Positions 10,814-24,028 of a DNA stretch of 40,313 nt are shown here, piece after piece. Within the stretch, counting starts at the first letter, position 1. Every line of letters starts with the position of its first letter. Below the pieces are notes generated by a model. That model saw only the letters and a list, made by a program, of their open reading frames with translations. It was not told the DNA's origin and did not search any database. A program made the translations under genes and the position numbers. This stretch comes from Neophaeotheca triangularis (taxonomy: Eukaryota): contig BAAIJX010000050.1 in assembly GCA_054600435.1 (NCBI GenBank), forward strand, positions 124,001-164,313, in the 5' to 3' direction.

Positions 10814-13541
10814 TTGGCATTTGCTCTCCGAAGACGCGTGAACTCATGCAAGGAGATTCGGGGGGCGCGGGTCGAAGGACGATGCAGTCGGTGGATGTTG
10901 CTCTTGACTGCGAAATGTAAGTCTTTTAGGTTTATTGCTGCTCCGAGGGCAGATTGTTGTTGACGACATCACGCGCCATTGACAATGAATACGGCAACGT
11001 CGAAGGTCCTTGAAGGTCCGTCTTGTTCGGCGTAAGGTCGCTGGGGGCCTTGAACGCGCTCTGCAATGAAACATGCTCTGGCGTGTGTGAGCAAGCATGG
11101 AAAGTCAAGACGCGGTTGCAGAATGATGGACCAGACAATAGTACGTGTAACAGGTTTGAGTAATGTTGCTATCTACTAACATGGCTTGCAGCTTTCTTGT
11201 TAGAGCACTTTGAGCGAGGTCTCACAACCGACCGCTAAGCGTCCGCCTTCAGGAAGAAAGTCTATCATCATGGCAAGCCGCAAGTCTGAAAGACCTCCCT
11301 AAATCGCGAAGACACATCATCATCTGTCCCCTGTGCTAACGCTTCTGTTCCTCAGGCTTTGGATGTACTTCACTGGCTGACAAGGGAAAACCAGACCTCG
11401 CCGAAGCGAAGCGGTTATCTCCCCAGCCTTCTGCATCAAGTGTAGTTTTGCTCATCATATGGAACGCGCTGCAAGCCCGAATGGCCTCCCCATCGACAGT
11501 CGTGGAGACGTGTCCTGGCCTGCTGCATCGAGCTTCGAAGCTGGTCTTCGTCTCTCCATTTTCTCAGACATAGAAACATAGTGTAATCACTGAAACCACT
11601 ACTAAGGAACAAGCGACCCTCGTGAGAGGAGAGGCAAGTTCCAAAGGGGTTACCGGCCTCAGCACAGAAAAGATTAGATTGTTGTTTGATCATCATGAAT
11701 GGAGGGCCAAGACGTGGCCACTCTGGTCCCAAAAGCCTTCAACACGTCCACGGGTCAGGTCTTCTGAGAAGCGAGACGACAAGGAGAGTGAGGAGAGGCA
11801 AGCCTAAAAATGTTAGCAGGGGTAGGGTGAAGGAAAACATACAAAACCCACCGAAGGGATGGAATGTATAGGTGAAAGGGCGAAAGGGAGTGAGAAGAAG
11901 GAGAGAAAGAGAGGTTGAAGAGGAGGCCTCGACTTTAACCTCACCGCCGCCCTCCAGCGCTATGACCCCCTTCTCACAATCACACGCACAATCACGCAGG
12001 CATCCCTTGGCACACTCACAGTCGTCGTCACGCTTGGCGTTGATTATCACCTGCAGGTGATCTTTCCAGGAGGTCCGTGTCCCCTTGCCCGGCGAGCGAC
12101 TATTTAATAGGGTCCTCCTTCGTTCCAATTCCTCTTCCCTTTCCTTTTTCTCTCCAGCGTTCTCAAGCCTTGGAGGGCACGCTCACAGATGTGACCCTCC
12201 CACAAGTCCTTGCCGGCATTGCACAACGCGGGCGGGTCTTGTGTCAGGCCACACCTTCGGGGGGTCTGTAGGCATAATTTTTGATGTACCCATTACCTGG
12301 CTGAGGGTTAAACAGCAATACCATCTTTTCATCATATTCTTGCTCATCGCGAGGCTTTGGAGAAGAGAGGCTGCTTCAAGCTTCGTGTGTTGTCGTTGCT
12401 GTTGGTACTCACGATTTACTACAGTAATTACACGAGTTCGCGCCAGCCCTGTGTGCCCTCACGCAGGCAACGCTCTTACTACCTTGCGTAGCGACAGCTT
12501 ACCGCGTGTTCTGTAACTCTGTTGTCGTGGAGCAAGATGTTGCGCCCTCGTAAAAGTAGGGGAACAACACACGTGCGCGTCAGGAGGCATTGGCTGCCCC
12601 TGTCACCGGTTGCGCCGTTGTCATTGGGAGGTGAAGCACCACAGTTCTTTGAGCTATTCCGCTGCTGGCAGTACTCACAGATCTCTTACGATGGGCCTTC
12701 TCACATAAAAGTGACCAAGGATTCTCCTGCTGCTAACAGAGCACAGTGAGCTCAAGCCTCCAGTTTGTATCACAACAAGACCCTCGCCAGCACACCGACG
12801 ACCTGCGCTTCACCTCTGGCATTTCCAATCGAAAAAGGATCAATATGGCTTGAACTGGCTGTACATAGATCAAAAACCGCCGGGCGGCCTTTGATTCAAG
12901 CAGTACTGGTTGCGAACGACTGTGCTGCACGAGCACTTTCTAGACAATCCACAGCCTTCTGCCACATCACCATACCGATAACTGTCTGTCTAAGCGGCTT
13001 CTAGCACGGCGTAAAAATAATGCCTCCTAGTAACAAAGCACCGCCGGCAACATGGAACCCCTGACTACGGCAAAAGCAGCAGTGGCGGATACATCATACG
13101 GGTGGGAGTGCCGGAAAGAGCTGGGAATACGAAGGAATGCTGGACACGAGCTTACATCACGATGGCGACTTATTGGAAGTCCATACTAGAACATCTTTCC
13201 AGTAGTGCTTGTGTGCTGGCATGCCAGATCGAACACCATTAGCTTTGAGAAAGACCCGACCAGACCTGGCCAAGTGCCCGGCGCTCCTTGACCGAGTCCA
13301 AATAAAGCACTAAGGGAGTGGACAGCTAAGTGACTTGGCGGACATAGTGCCTCGATATCCTGGACCGTGACGGCCACAAGAGCCGAGGACCTACCTTGTA
13401 CACAAGGCGGCCCTAATGTTCACACATCGACCACGAGGAGGCAATAGCTGCGGACCCGGCTGGCTCAGGGCAGTCTGGAAGTTGTTCAAAGATGCATCAG
13501 ATGATTGTATACTAGAAACCACGTCATTACCTCAGTAGTAC

Positions 13542-15176
13542 TCAGTAAACAAAGAAAGACGTAACCTCATCATCTGACATCCTCAACTTCTTGTTCCTAC
13601 GCTTCATCACAATCTTCCCGACCCAAGCCAACGCCAGCGTCGCAATCGAAAGCGCCGCGCTCGCTCCCAGCGCAATAGGGTAGCGCGGCGCATCACTGTC
13701 AAGCCAAAGATACGGCGTCCAGATGAAAGAAGCGTTCATGATCGTGCTAACGATGCTGATAGCGACGGATTTCTTCTCCTTGGTCTGTCCGCACGTGCTC
13801 CCGCACCAGCCGAGGATCAGGCTGTTGACGCCGTAGGTGCCGATGGTGAAGATGATCATGGCGACGTAGCGGCCGGCGACGTCGAGAGTGGCGGCCGCGG
13901 CGGCGAAGCCCACTGTTGCGACGAGTTTGGAGATGGTGATGTGCCAGGTGCGTTCGTTGAATTTGCCCGACGACCAGGAGACGGCGATGGTGACGGCGCC
14001 GGCGATGAGGTAGGGGGGGCAGGTTAGGACGAGGGTGATGGTTTGGGAGAAGCCGAGGGTTTGGACGACGGTGGGGAAGAAGTTCTTGAAACCGTTGGCT
14101 GCGAGGTGCATGTGCGCCATTGCGGCGAAGAGCCATACCATGGGGTCGTTGACGGCTTGTTTGAAACCTTCCCAGACGCCGGCTTTGCCTTCGTTGCCGA
14201 CCGTGTCGGCTTCGATGCGAGCGTGTGCGAGCTGTTTCTCTTCATCCGTGAGCCACCAGGTGGTTAGGGGGAAGTCGGGGAGAAGGAAGAACCCGACGAG
14301 CGCGATGACGAAAGTGACGACACCCTGGAGGATAAACAGCCTGGGATGAGGTTAGCGAGATACCACAGCCGATACAAACACGCTGGTACTAACCATTGCC
14401 ATCCGCTGATTCCAGCAACGCCACTTAGTCCTTCGAAGATACCAGCAGCGATTAAGCCGGCAAAAGCCGTAGCCAGAATGTTGCCTGTGTACAAGATAGC
14501 GATACGGGTGGCGATCTCCTTTTTGGTATAGAAACAACTAAGCAGCGTGGAACTCAAGGTCAGCGGAGTCCGACAGCACAAGATGTGTAGGGCACTAACC
14601 TAATCAAATAAACAGCGCCAGGATAGTAAGGAGCTTCAGTGACACCGAGGAAGAAGCGAGCAAGAAGTAGTCCGGTAAAGTCGTGTGCAAGAGCTGTACA
14701 TGCCGATACAATCGCCCACAGCATCATAGCAATACCCATGTACCTGGATGGTCTGACACGGTTGAGTATCATGTTCGAAGGGATCTGTCCAAGCAGGTAG
14801 CCGACGAAGAGAATGCTAACGCAGGTTTGGTACTCGCTGCCTTCGAGGCCTAGATCCTCGTCGATATTGTCGATCTTGGCCAGGGCGATGGCGTTGCTGG
14901 TGTACTCTCAGCTGCTGGCGTTCAACTGTGGGATAGTGAGTGACAGTTAACTTACCGGTCGAGATAATTCAGCCAGTACATGCCCCAGAGCATAGGCATG
15001 ATCCATCGATCGAGCTTTTTCACCAGGGCGATCTCTTTAGGGTCAGTCTTTTCGCGAGCACCGGAGTAGTCGGCTTTGCCTTCCACAGCGGGAACTGCTG
15101 GTTTCTCCATGTCTTCGATGTACGTAGGCTCGATAACCTTCTCAGGGAGAGGCTTGCTGGGACTGTTGTCCATCAT
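13542..15176 (-). CDS. MFS transporter, anion:cation symporter (Dal5/Tna1 allantoate/nicotinate permease-like) family, ~486 aa; exons 15176-14956, 14896-14600, 14537-14394, 14340-13542
   Basis: Family motifs LVKKLDRWIMP, NYLDRNAIALA, RFFLGVTEAPYYPG, FYTKKEIATR, GWQWLFILQG and LPDFP. Three GT-AG introns of 53-62 nt keep the frame. Confidence 0.93.
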
Positions 15177-17240
15177 GGTGGCGATGCGGGTGGGTAGTCC
15201 CTGTTGGGATTGATTGATGGCTTGGGTATCAGAAGGGAGCAGGACAAAGAGGGAAGTGAAAGCAAGCTGTGAGAGGAAAATGATTTCGTTGCCCTACTTG
15301 CTCAAAATGGATCCTCTTGGGGAAATGGAGAGCTCTATATACCTACCTCCCCCCACACGTATCAACGTTCCCGCGCATAGACTACCACTTCTCCATGGGG
15401 AACCTGCCGTAGTCTCTGAGAACATACAGGAAAAAATTGGCTTGCAACACAACCCGGAGCATTGGGCTGTGGAGTACCTAGCCTAGCGGCAAACGCTGTC
15501 CAGGTCAAAGCGACACCAGAGTTCAACGGTAGCAGGAGCATATCTCGACAGTCTGTCCAATGAATCTATACAAGGTCGCGGCATGCTACCCACCGCACTT
15601 AACGGAGAGTTGATCGAGAAGCCCTCGTGGGGTGCGTACCATGTATGTCGGTCTTGGTCCGGCCTTGGAAGAAGTCCACAAGCGTGAGCCAAGGCAAAGC
15701 ATAGTCGCAGCACTGTGGTGGCACAGGCTTGATCTATCTGACACACTGGAAATGGCTCACGAACGGCCGGAGAAAATAGGAATGGGACGGCCTGGCTGCT
15801 GTTAAGACTTCTTGGAGCAGCACAGACTGGTCGTGCCGCGAGCAGATAAACTTCAGCGGCCAAGGCTCTTCGCGTCTTGAGGAGCTTGATCCAGACGACT
15901 GCGTTACCCCCAGACAGCGCTGGTTTCGATGCAGCTCAGCTACCCTGCTCTTGAGGTATAGCTGTGCTTCTCAGTGCTCTAAGTGGCGTGATGATCGAAG
16001 GCCTGTCCGGTGTTTCCATTGTATGCTTCGAAGCGCTGCAACCCCTCCTGTACTACCCAGCCAGTCAAACACCGGCCACAGGGGCCACGGAGGTCCAGAC
16101 TCGAGAGACATTCCACAAAGTGGCTTCTCCAAATGGTGGCTTGCATTATCCAGTCCGGTGACCTTGCCGTAGTTTGCCCTGATATAGCGGCAGCCAACCC
16201 TTAGCGGAAAACATTTGGGAACAAGGTCAACGTGAACAGGAGCAAAACCCCAAACCTGCGGTCGAGCGAAGCACAAAAGCAAAGACTCCCCTCGGAAAGC
16301 GTAAGTTTCTTGGAAGGTGGAGTTTAGTTCCCCCACGCCAAGCCAAGCTCACGAGCGACACCCCGTGGAGGTAACGTGGAGGATATCCACAGGTGGATGC
16401 AAACAACATCGGCGTGTCACGTCTGCAATACTTTCCCGCTTTCCCTAGCATAGCCTGAATGCTGAGCCCTTGGCGGGCGGCACGCAAAAGGGTATACGTC
16501 TAGCCTGTAGTCATGATCCAATAGAGGTGGGGGCGATGGGAGGGGACTGAAGGCGGAATCCAGCACGCTGCTCACACAGGGAACGAGCGAGTCTTGGAGG
16601 TCTCTGTTTGGATTTAGAACTGTCAACCGAGATGCAATAAAGACGTAGGAAGTAGGAAGAAACAATACCGAGATTGGTGTTCCAGGTTGCTTTAGCCTGT
16701 GCTATAATTCGAGGCACACTTTGTGCCTTCAAACGCCGACAGGTGAGCTACTGTCCACACGTTCGACATGTTCACACGGCCCGACCTTCTTCGACCCTGA
16801 GGCTCAGCTACTAGCTAGGTCCGAGCCGTTGATAGCAGCGGCTCTAGCAGGAAAGCATGTCCCCTGCCTGTCACTGTCAAGCACGTGCAATGATAAGCGG
16901 CCGGGGGGTCCAAGATGTAAAGGATATAACGCCTATCTATACCTATCCAAATGCTGAAATGCTCGCCAATCCCGTGCTGATATAACCCGCCCCCAAACCC
17001 CTTGTCCACCAGTCTTCGTTGATTCATGCTTCGTACTCGCTCGATCGCTCTGGCATTCTTTCATGCCATTCCGTTGCCTGTCCAAACGCTTGCGACGAGC
17101 GCTGGGCTAAGTTTGGAGAGTCCAAACAGCTCGCCTGCTTTGTCGCTCCGTGGCAAAATCGATGTGACGAGGCCTTGTCTTGATCGAGTGACTCTTCGTT
17201 CTGTTGGCTCCGCTTGCACCTAGCTTAACAAATCGGGCGA

Positions 17241-17930
17241 TCAAGGAGATCGAGAGCGGGGGGAGCGGGGAGAGTGAGGGTCCTCGGGCTGATAAGGGGG
17301 AGACATCGCTCCTTCGACGGGCGGCTGGTAGGCTGGTGGTGGGGTTCTCGCCCGAACGACGCTGTGATAAGCAGGCGGAGCTTCGACAATGCTTGTAGTG
17401 ACAGCTCGTTGCTGAGTAGGTCGTCCAGCCCGCGTCTGTGTCGAAGGCCCTGCTTCGTCATCCTCGTCAAAGTATCTCGCCCAAATGCTAACTGCGGGCG
17501 TCCTGCCAGCCGTTGGCTCATTCGACGTCGCCGCTTGAACGGGTCGCGGCATGCTCGAGGATGCTTCCGGAACTGCTGTCCGCTGGGACGACTCCAGAGC
17601 CTCCTGCCTAGCTTCCTCTGCTTTCAAGTGTGCGGTGTCCCGGTCAATCTCCGTGCTGCTGGATGACTCGTCACTGTTCCTCCTCTGCCTCCGAAACTCG
17701 GTCATCCATCGTTCCCGCTCCCGCTCTTCCATGACTAGAAAGCGCACCCAATCGCTGCTGCTCAGCTCATCCGGCTCAATGTCACGCATGCGTAGCTGGC
17801 TTGCTGCGAGATGCCGCCGTGCTATGGAGAGTGGCCTGTTCGTGATGGCCTCGACTTGAAGGGCTCCGAAGCCGCCATTTCGAATATGGGGCGTGTTGTA
17901 CATCGCTGGGCGGGTCCTGCGGACAGGCAT
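17241..17930 (-). CDS. Hypothetical disordered protein with two PPxY motifs, 229 aa
   Basis: Uninterrupted ORF with a good start context (cacaATGC), a charged helical segment (EERERERWMTEFRRQRR) and C-terminal APPAY and PPPAY motifs. Confidence 0.6.
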   Translation of the reverse strand: MPVRRTRPAMYNTPHIRNGGFGALQVEAITNRPLSIARRHLAASQLRMRDIEPDELSSSDWVRFLVMEERERERWMTEFRRQRRNSDESSSSTEIDRDTAHLKAEEARQEALESSQRTAVPEASSSMPRPVQAATSNEPTAGRTPAVSIWARYFDEDDEAGPSTQTRAGRPTQQRAVTTSIVEAPPAYHSVVRARTPPPAYQPPVEGAMSPPYQPEDPHSPRSPRSRSP

Positions 17931-19649
17931 TGTGCTGAGATTGCCGCGATGTGTCGGGGAAAATATGGGTAGTGGAGGGTAGGTGTTGCCTTGAAGTTTG
18001 AATCTTCAGATTGCCCGGAGTATGGCGTCAATGGTGGTTGTCAGGTGGATGCCTGTGCAAACGATTGCTGCGCCGTTAGACAGGGTCACAGCCTCCACGC
18101 TCTTGACAGCTGAAGCCTCGTGACCTTTAGGTACGACTTTGTACCTGTTGAAGTGACTCGAATGATAAGCGTAAGCGAACGGTAAATGCTCTCGGGTTCG
18201 GACCCGGGGAATGGAAGAGATTGGTCAGTTGAGTGGGATTGATGGGGATATTGGAGGAACCTAGGGGTCTGGTAGAAAAGATGACAGCGAGGCCATTGCC
18301 TTTTGGATTATCAGTCGCTACAATCGTTCCAGGTTTGGCGGGAACATTAATACCGACTTGGACAACACAGCCAAGAACGAGGCTCATCGGGGCGCTCATA
18401 GTGGGGAAAGGTTGCCCTCAAGTCGTCACCGTACCAAGCCCACCTCTCGGGCTAGCCTTAGCCGAGCATGTGAAGGTTCACGACATCACGTGCTTCTTTA
18501 TTTCCTGTTGTCCAACGTACCTTACCTTGATTAACGCACCTCGAGGCATCCATGATATCAGTTAATGGCTCTCTCCATCGCTTCTGATGCTTGTCGAGCG
18601 ACATACTACAGATTTACATGCTTCTTGCTGGAACCGCAGCAGAAGTATGCCGCGTGCCAACTCCCTTACCGGTTCTCGGCGTCTGCGAGCATCTGCTTGT
18701 GCCCGCGGAACATGTCTTGGTAATCCGCATGGCGTGCCAAGCCTACCTGACGCGTTTCCAAGTTTCCTTTGCATATGGCGTATTGTTCGTTACATATATA
18801 CCTGCATTTCCAGCTCAAAACGAGAGCAAGCAGTTGAGAACGGCCATGACTATAGGCGACGAGACGCCGTCATGTCGTTTCCAATGCTCGTGGTTGCACT
18901 GGACAGCACGGATTAGTACACTTACCTCGCTCGAGGAGTGGTGTTGAAGGAAGAGTACCGTAGGTCTAGATCTAGACTCGGTAGACCGTAGCCGTGCTTC
19001 TCCTGTTGAAGCCAAGGTGGGTACTTGCTGCCCTGATACTGGGGTCTCCAAGCGCTATACTATACTCCCTACCATTATTAGGACTCTTGGTCAATGCAGC
19101 CACGTTCCGGTCAGCAAAATATCTAAGCTTCAGTACGGCATTGACAGCACTTCACGTCCTTTGTGGCGTACGCATGGCGCTATTTACCTAGGTATCGCTA
19201 TATGGGAAGTGCAAAGCCATGGCAACTAAAGCAGTGTGGTAGGCTACCTTGTCCATCACAACAATGGTGGAAGTCATCGTATCATCTTCATGTCTTTCTT
19301 GATGCCATCTTTACCCTTTGAACAGGCTGCTAACGACAACAATTAGCAGCCACCAATTGAAATATCCGTTCGGACCGTAGCATGCCGGTGAGCGAGGTCC
19401 ATGTGGCACCATGTGCCGAGAGCAAACCACAGATCATGGAATCAAGGACAACTACATGCAGACCAATACAGACTTGAGTGCTGCAGTGACTTCAATCAGA
19501 GGCCTCGAAATGATCGTTCTTGGTCATATTCACAGCAAAAACTCGCTAAATGCTCTGGGCAAAGAATGGTCGGACGCCACTCCCTGCATGGTCCCGGCCT
19601 CTACGAATCGATCACGTCGCTCTTCGCACAACTTGTAGACTGTTGGACT

Positions 19650-20300
19650 AGTCCCAAGATGGTAGCTTCCTCGTCACTATCACGCCTTGCCTTCCATTTG
19701 CATTATAGCCCGGATCAAGTTACAGTTCTCTGCAGTAGAGCAAAACTCTTTTGCGAGCTCAATCCCTCCTGTCAACTTGCCTGCTCCATCTCAGCGCCTT
19801 GAGACCTAGTCTGGACAAGCAGCAGTTCTTGCAGTCTACTGGACGAATGCATGATTGCCGCCTGTTCCAACATAGCTTTCCCTCCGCTCTCGCCAATCTC
19901 AGAGGCCGAGAACAAGATGAGCGCTCTACTGTGGTGGAAGAGCGTCTCTGACATCAGCTGAGTGCTTCTGTCGGCTTCTGCTTGCTCCCAGCTCCCAGCT
20001 CTTGTACGTCCCGTTGTATCCTGCGCTAGGCTTGCACAATTCTCAATATATGTCTCGCTGTTGCCTCTCTAATCATATTTGCTTATTACCTTCTCAGGGT
20101 CGCAATAGCCAGGAGTGGAACAACGTCTTCGTTTCATTGGCCAGAGCGTCTGTCCGCAGTTTCTCTCCCTGACTGTCATGAGCTGATTCTTCATCCAGGC
20201 GCCAATTGGTAAGAGCGTGGCCTACGCTGAGCGTGTCTTCTCTCTCTTCATCATCAAACTTTTTCCTTGTCTTCCGCAGTGATGGACACCTCAATTTCGT
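19650..20300 (-). pseudogene. Possible decayed coiled-coil gene fragment
   Basis: Short Glu/Leu/Gln-rich ORF pieces (20294-20094, 19954-19772) are interrupted by stops. No intact gene model can be built. Confidence 0.2.
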
Positions 20301-20735
20301 CGTAAGAGCCGAGAAAGCGCATGGAATCTGTTCGAGCTACGACAGACCAGATCATCAGCATCTAAAGTAGTCTTAATGGTCTTTGGCTACTCTGTTACAA
20401 CCTATTAGTCGTCCAGAGCTTATCTACTCTTGAGCCCTGAGTGCGAAAGGCATGTGTATGATTGACGCTGTTAGACGAACATCATGCGGATGTTAGAGAG
20501 GACGCTGCTCGTATGTTGTGTATACACATGCTCTTCTCTATCGATATCTCGGTATCTCCGTCCCTCTCTTCCACGCCCCTTCCCTGCTCTCGTACTCTCT
20601 ACTAACGGACAAGCCTGAAATATGGTCCCACCAGGGTGGTCGATAGGCACTCTACAAAGTATGGTTAGCTTGATTCTAACAGTTCATGTCGCGCACGTGG
20701 CCAAAAGGGATAGGGACTATAGTCACTGTTAACTG

Positions 20736-21140
20736 CTAATCGGTCTCGACGTGGATGGGACTGCCTGGCGCGCTCTCCCAGCGGACAACGCGAACCGTCC
20801 GACACATGGGAACGGTACGATTTGGCAGCCCAGTGTCAGTAGCCGCGTAGTAGAGGCCTTCGAGCTCGTGGCTCGGGTATCCGCTGAGGCTGCGGAGCAA
20901 TCGGCGACGCAGAGGTCTCCCCAGACTGTCCCCCGCAAGTCTTAGGCGCTGTGCCTCGCGTGTCGCTGCCGTGGTTGCGGCAAGTCGTGTGCCGCGTATT
21001 GCGACTGTTGTCTCTTGGGGTGGTGGTCGGGGTCGTGTGGTGGGTTGGAGGGCGCTGACTTTCACGGCCCAATGATATTCTGGCAGGATCTTGGGCTCGT
21101 TGGCCCTGAGGCGCATGTTCTGGCTGCCGTACAGAGACAT
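20736..21140 (-). CDS. Small hypothetical protein, 134 aa (MSLYGSQNMRLRANEPKILPEYHWAVKV...)
   Basis: The ATG at 21140 has a typical fungal context (cacaacaATG) after a C/A-rich leader, and the frame is open to TAG at 20736. No recognisable domain. Confidence 0.45.
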   Translation of the reverse strand: MSLYGSQNMRLRANEPKILPEYHWAVKVSALQPTTRPRPPPQETTVAIRGTRLAATTAATREAQRLRLAGDSLGRPLRRRLLRSLSGYPSHELEGLYYAATDTGLPNRTVPMCRTVRVVRWESAPGSPIHVETD

Positions 21141-22704
21141 TGTTGTGTGATTTGTCAGTGGAGGTGAAGGTGAGGTCGAGGTTGATGTGGTGAAATGAAT
21201 GTGCGAACAATAGAGGCATTGGCCTCGGCTTGGCAAAAGGGGGATGGCTCACGGTTCGAGTGTGCTTCAATGGCAATGCCAAAAGACATACACATGGCCT
21301 ACAACACTGTAATCAAACGCAACATGATTGTCTGTGTGTGACAGAAAGGTAGAGCATATGGCACTCGTGATTCTTGTGTCATGGAGAAAGTCTCATGAGC
21401 AAAAGGTGTGTTGACAGAAATTGAGCAAAAAAAAGATTGGTTCGATTAGACTTGTTTGTGGTCACCCACCCTACTCCGTGTCAGTTCGTTTTCTGCTTCC
21501 TCTCTCCGGGAGGGAGGGGACAGAGACAATCAACTCAGCTATAATTAAGCCAAGTCTTCCAAGCGGCCGCATTCGGTCGGTGGGTGCATCTGGTCAATTG
21601 ATGGTTCTTCTCTTCGTAATGAGGATAAGACTACAATTTGAGAATTGAATATATTGACTTACTACCACTTCGCAGGCATCATTCGCTTGGCGGGAACAGT
21701 CAGCACTGTCTGTGTGGTTTTGTCACAACCCTTTGCTCAGCACCGCGATATAGATCCACACTTCTTGCACAGCACATCCCTTGACTGTCTTCGCATTCAT
21801 ATGCTCCTTTTGCTCTGTATGCCATCGTCCGTGAGCCATCACACTTACCTGCAACCGCACGGGGCGTGCTAGCGACGTCGAGCCAACTCCACGGCACCAC
21901 AACAATCCTACCACATGGCGCCATAGCTTTCTGCCAGCTCCCACTCACATACATTCTGACTGCTGCGCCCACTCAAACAATCTCCTCCACACCCTGATCC
22001 CAGGCTGACAGGTAAAGGTCACAGCGACAATGTGAATCCGGACTGGCAACGACCGCAGGGACATGGCTCCACAGGCAGATAGACTGCAATCGAACAACCT
22101 CCACTTTCTTACCCACGCTCGCGCATAACGAGGCATGCTCTACACACGCAGCCACGTGTGGCTAAGGCAGGATCTCAGACGACGAGTAATTCATGTCCAT
22201 GCCACCCCTTGCTCTTGCAGAATCAGAATCGACATTCAGTCCGAGGCTCTGGTCGGCCACAAGGCTTTGCCCTTGTCTTGACGAGCTGCCTAGACCCAAG
22301 GGAGCGCAATTGGATTCGGCGTGGACACTAGGAGCGGATAGGACGTGTTGAGGCGCGCCAGCGTTCTTCGAGGGAAGTGCAGGACAGACATATTCGCTAG
22401 CGCATCATGGTATCGAAGTAAGATCGGAAAGCATTAATAGCATCGGGGTTGAAAGAGCAGTAAGAGTGCAACAAACAACGAGTACTGACAGTACTGACAG
22501 TCTCGCGGAAGAGATGTCGTCTGGTCTGTATCCGGACCGTCTCCACACCGACAACCGAAATCACCAACCATCTGTAAGCCGGGGAAAGTTCACCGATGAA
22601 GTAAGTGGATCACCTCGGCTTATCGGTTGGAACATGCCCCCTCTGCGAACGTCTCACAGACCAACGACCATGTGATTGAACAGAGAGAATGGCTCTGACA
22701 CACG

Positions 22705-24028
22705 ATGGTACCTGTGAGATCCGTCTGTCTAAGATCACAACTACCTTCGTATCACGTTGCGAGACACTTTTTGAAGGTACCATCAGCAGCCAGACCGTTC
22801 ACCATCGCAAGCCGCCTCGAAGATCAGGGTAAACAAAACGATCGTCTCCTTGCCGAAGCTCTTCGAGGCCAAACGATCTCAAACGGTGGAAACCCAATGG
22901 ACTACTCCAACAAGAATCAGAAGAAGGCCCCGCCGGTCCCGCGACCAAGCTCGAGGCAAGCATTACCCGTCAAGCAATCAATAAGCTTACAGGGTCAGAC
23001 GACAAAAGACTAACAGCAGGATCATCGCCAGCGTCCTCCTAATCTCGCCACAAAATCAAGTACTCCTGCTCCAAAGAGTAAAGCAATCCTCCTCTTTCGC
23101 CTCCGCCCACGTCTTCCCAGGCGGCAACGTCTCTCCCTTCCACGACGGCGAACCGCCAGCCCCAGACTCTCCAAATCGACATGTCGACAGCGAAATTTAC
23201 AGACTAGCAGCCATCCGCGAGACTTTCGAAGAATCAGGTATTCTGCTAGCGCGCAACAACGGTTTCGGACGCCTACTCGAAATCCCCGAAGCTGAGCGCG
23301 AAGAGGGCCGCAAGCTCGTCCATGGCGATACAACCAAGTTCACCGACTGGTTGGCCAAGAAGGGCGGACGGCCAGACCTCGACGGCCTACTACCGTTCAC
23401 GCGCTGGGTGACTCCAACCAACGTGCCGAAGCGCTTCACCACGCAAATGTATCTGTACTTCCTGCCCACGCTGGCGCCCATGCCATTGAGCGGCAGTGGC
23501 GAGGACAGCGAGCAAGAAACTACGATTCCCACGCCTACTCACGACGGTGGGGTGGAGCATACGCATGCGAGATTCTTGCCGGCGTCTGCGTGGTTGAGGT
23601 TGGCGCAGGAAGGGAGGGTCATCTTGTTCCCGCCCCAGTTCTTTCTGCTGCATCATGTGGCGCAGTTCTTTGACAACTTGCCCTCGCCGACGGCTTATGC
23701 CTCGCTGACTAGGGATCCTGTCGAGAGAGATGAGTTAGAGGCGAGACGGAAGCGTTTGATCGATTTTGTCAATGGTGGGCAGCCGCCTTGGACGGAGAAG
23801 TGTATTTCGCCTGTTGTACAGGCTTCTAGGGATGGTGGGAAGCGCGAGGATGGGAGGGTGGTCTTGGGCTTGAACAGGCCATTTCCTGAGGCGGAAATTG
23901 CCGACAGTAAGCGTGCTGGTGTAAAGGATCAAGTTGTGTTGGTGGACTTTAAGAAGGAAGGACCGAGAAGATTGATGGTGGTGTCGAGGGAGGAGGCTAT
24001 GGGGAGCTCTAAAGAGGCGAAACTATAG
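22705..24028 (+). CDS. Nudix hydrolase, NUDT19-like (acyl-CoA diphosphatase), ~415 aa; exons 22705-22955, 23032-24028
   Basis: Motifs PRPSSSVLLI (after splicing), AHVFPGG, the Nudix box AAIRETFEESG, RWVTP and RFTTQMYL. C-terminus is AKL (PTS1) and the N-terminus resembles a mitochondrial presequence. Intron 22956-23031 is GC-AG with a GACTAAC branch point. Confidence 0.9.

Noticed and set aside
11739..12128. Cys-rich stretch CECAKGCLRDCACDC as a metallothionein-like gene
   Set aside because: It has no ATG start or splice support, sits in a stop-interrupted region and is partly explained by TG-rich low-complexity sequence.
2369..15176. Laccase, amidotransferase and MFS transporter as a secondary-metabolite cluster
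   Set aside because: There is no backbone enzyme or cluster transcription factor, and a housekeeping TMBIM gene and long gaps interrupt the set.
15200..17200. Many short overlapping ORFs upstream of the MFS gene, and likewise at 21300-22700 and 29050-30400
   Set aside because: No codon bias, domain motifs or consistent splice signals, so these were treated as intergenic.
18964..18977. 14-bp perfect palindrome GTCTAGATCTAGAC
   Set aside because: Single occurrence in a CTAG-rich decayed region with no associated feature.
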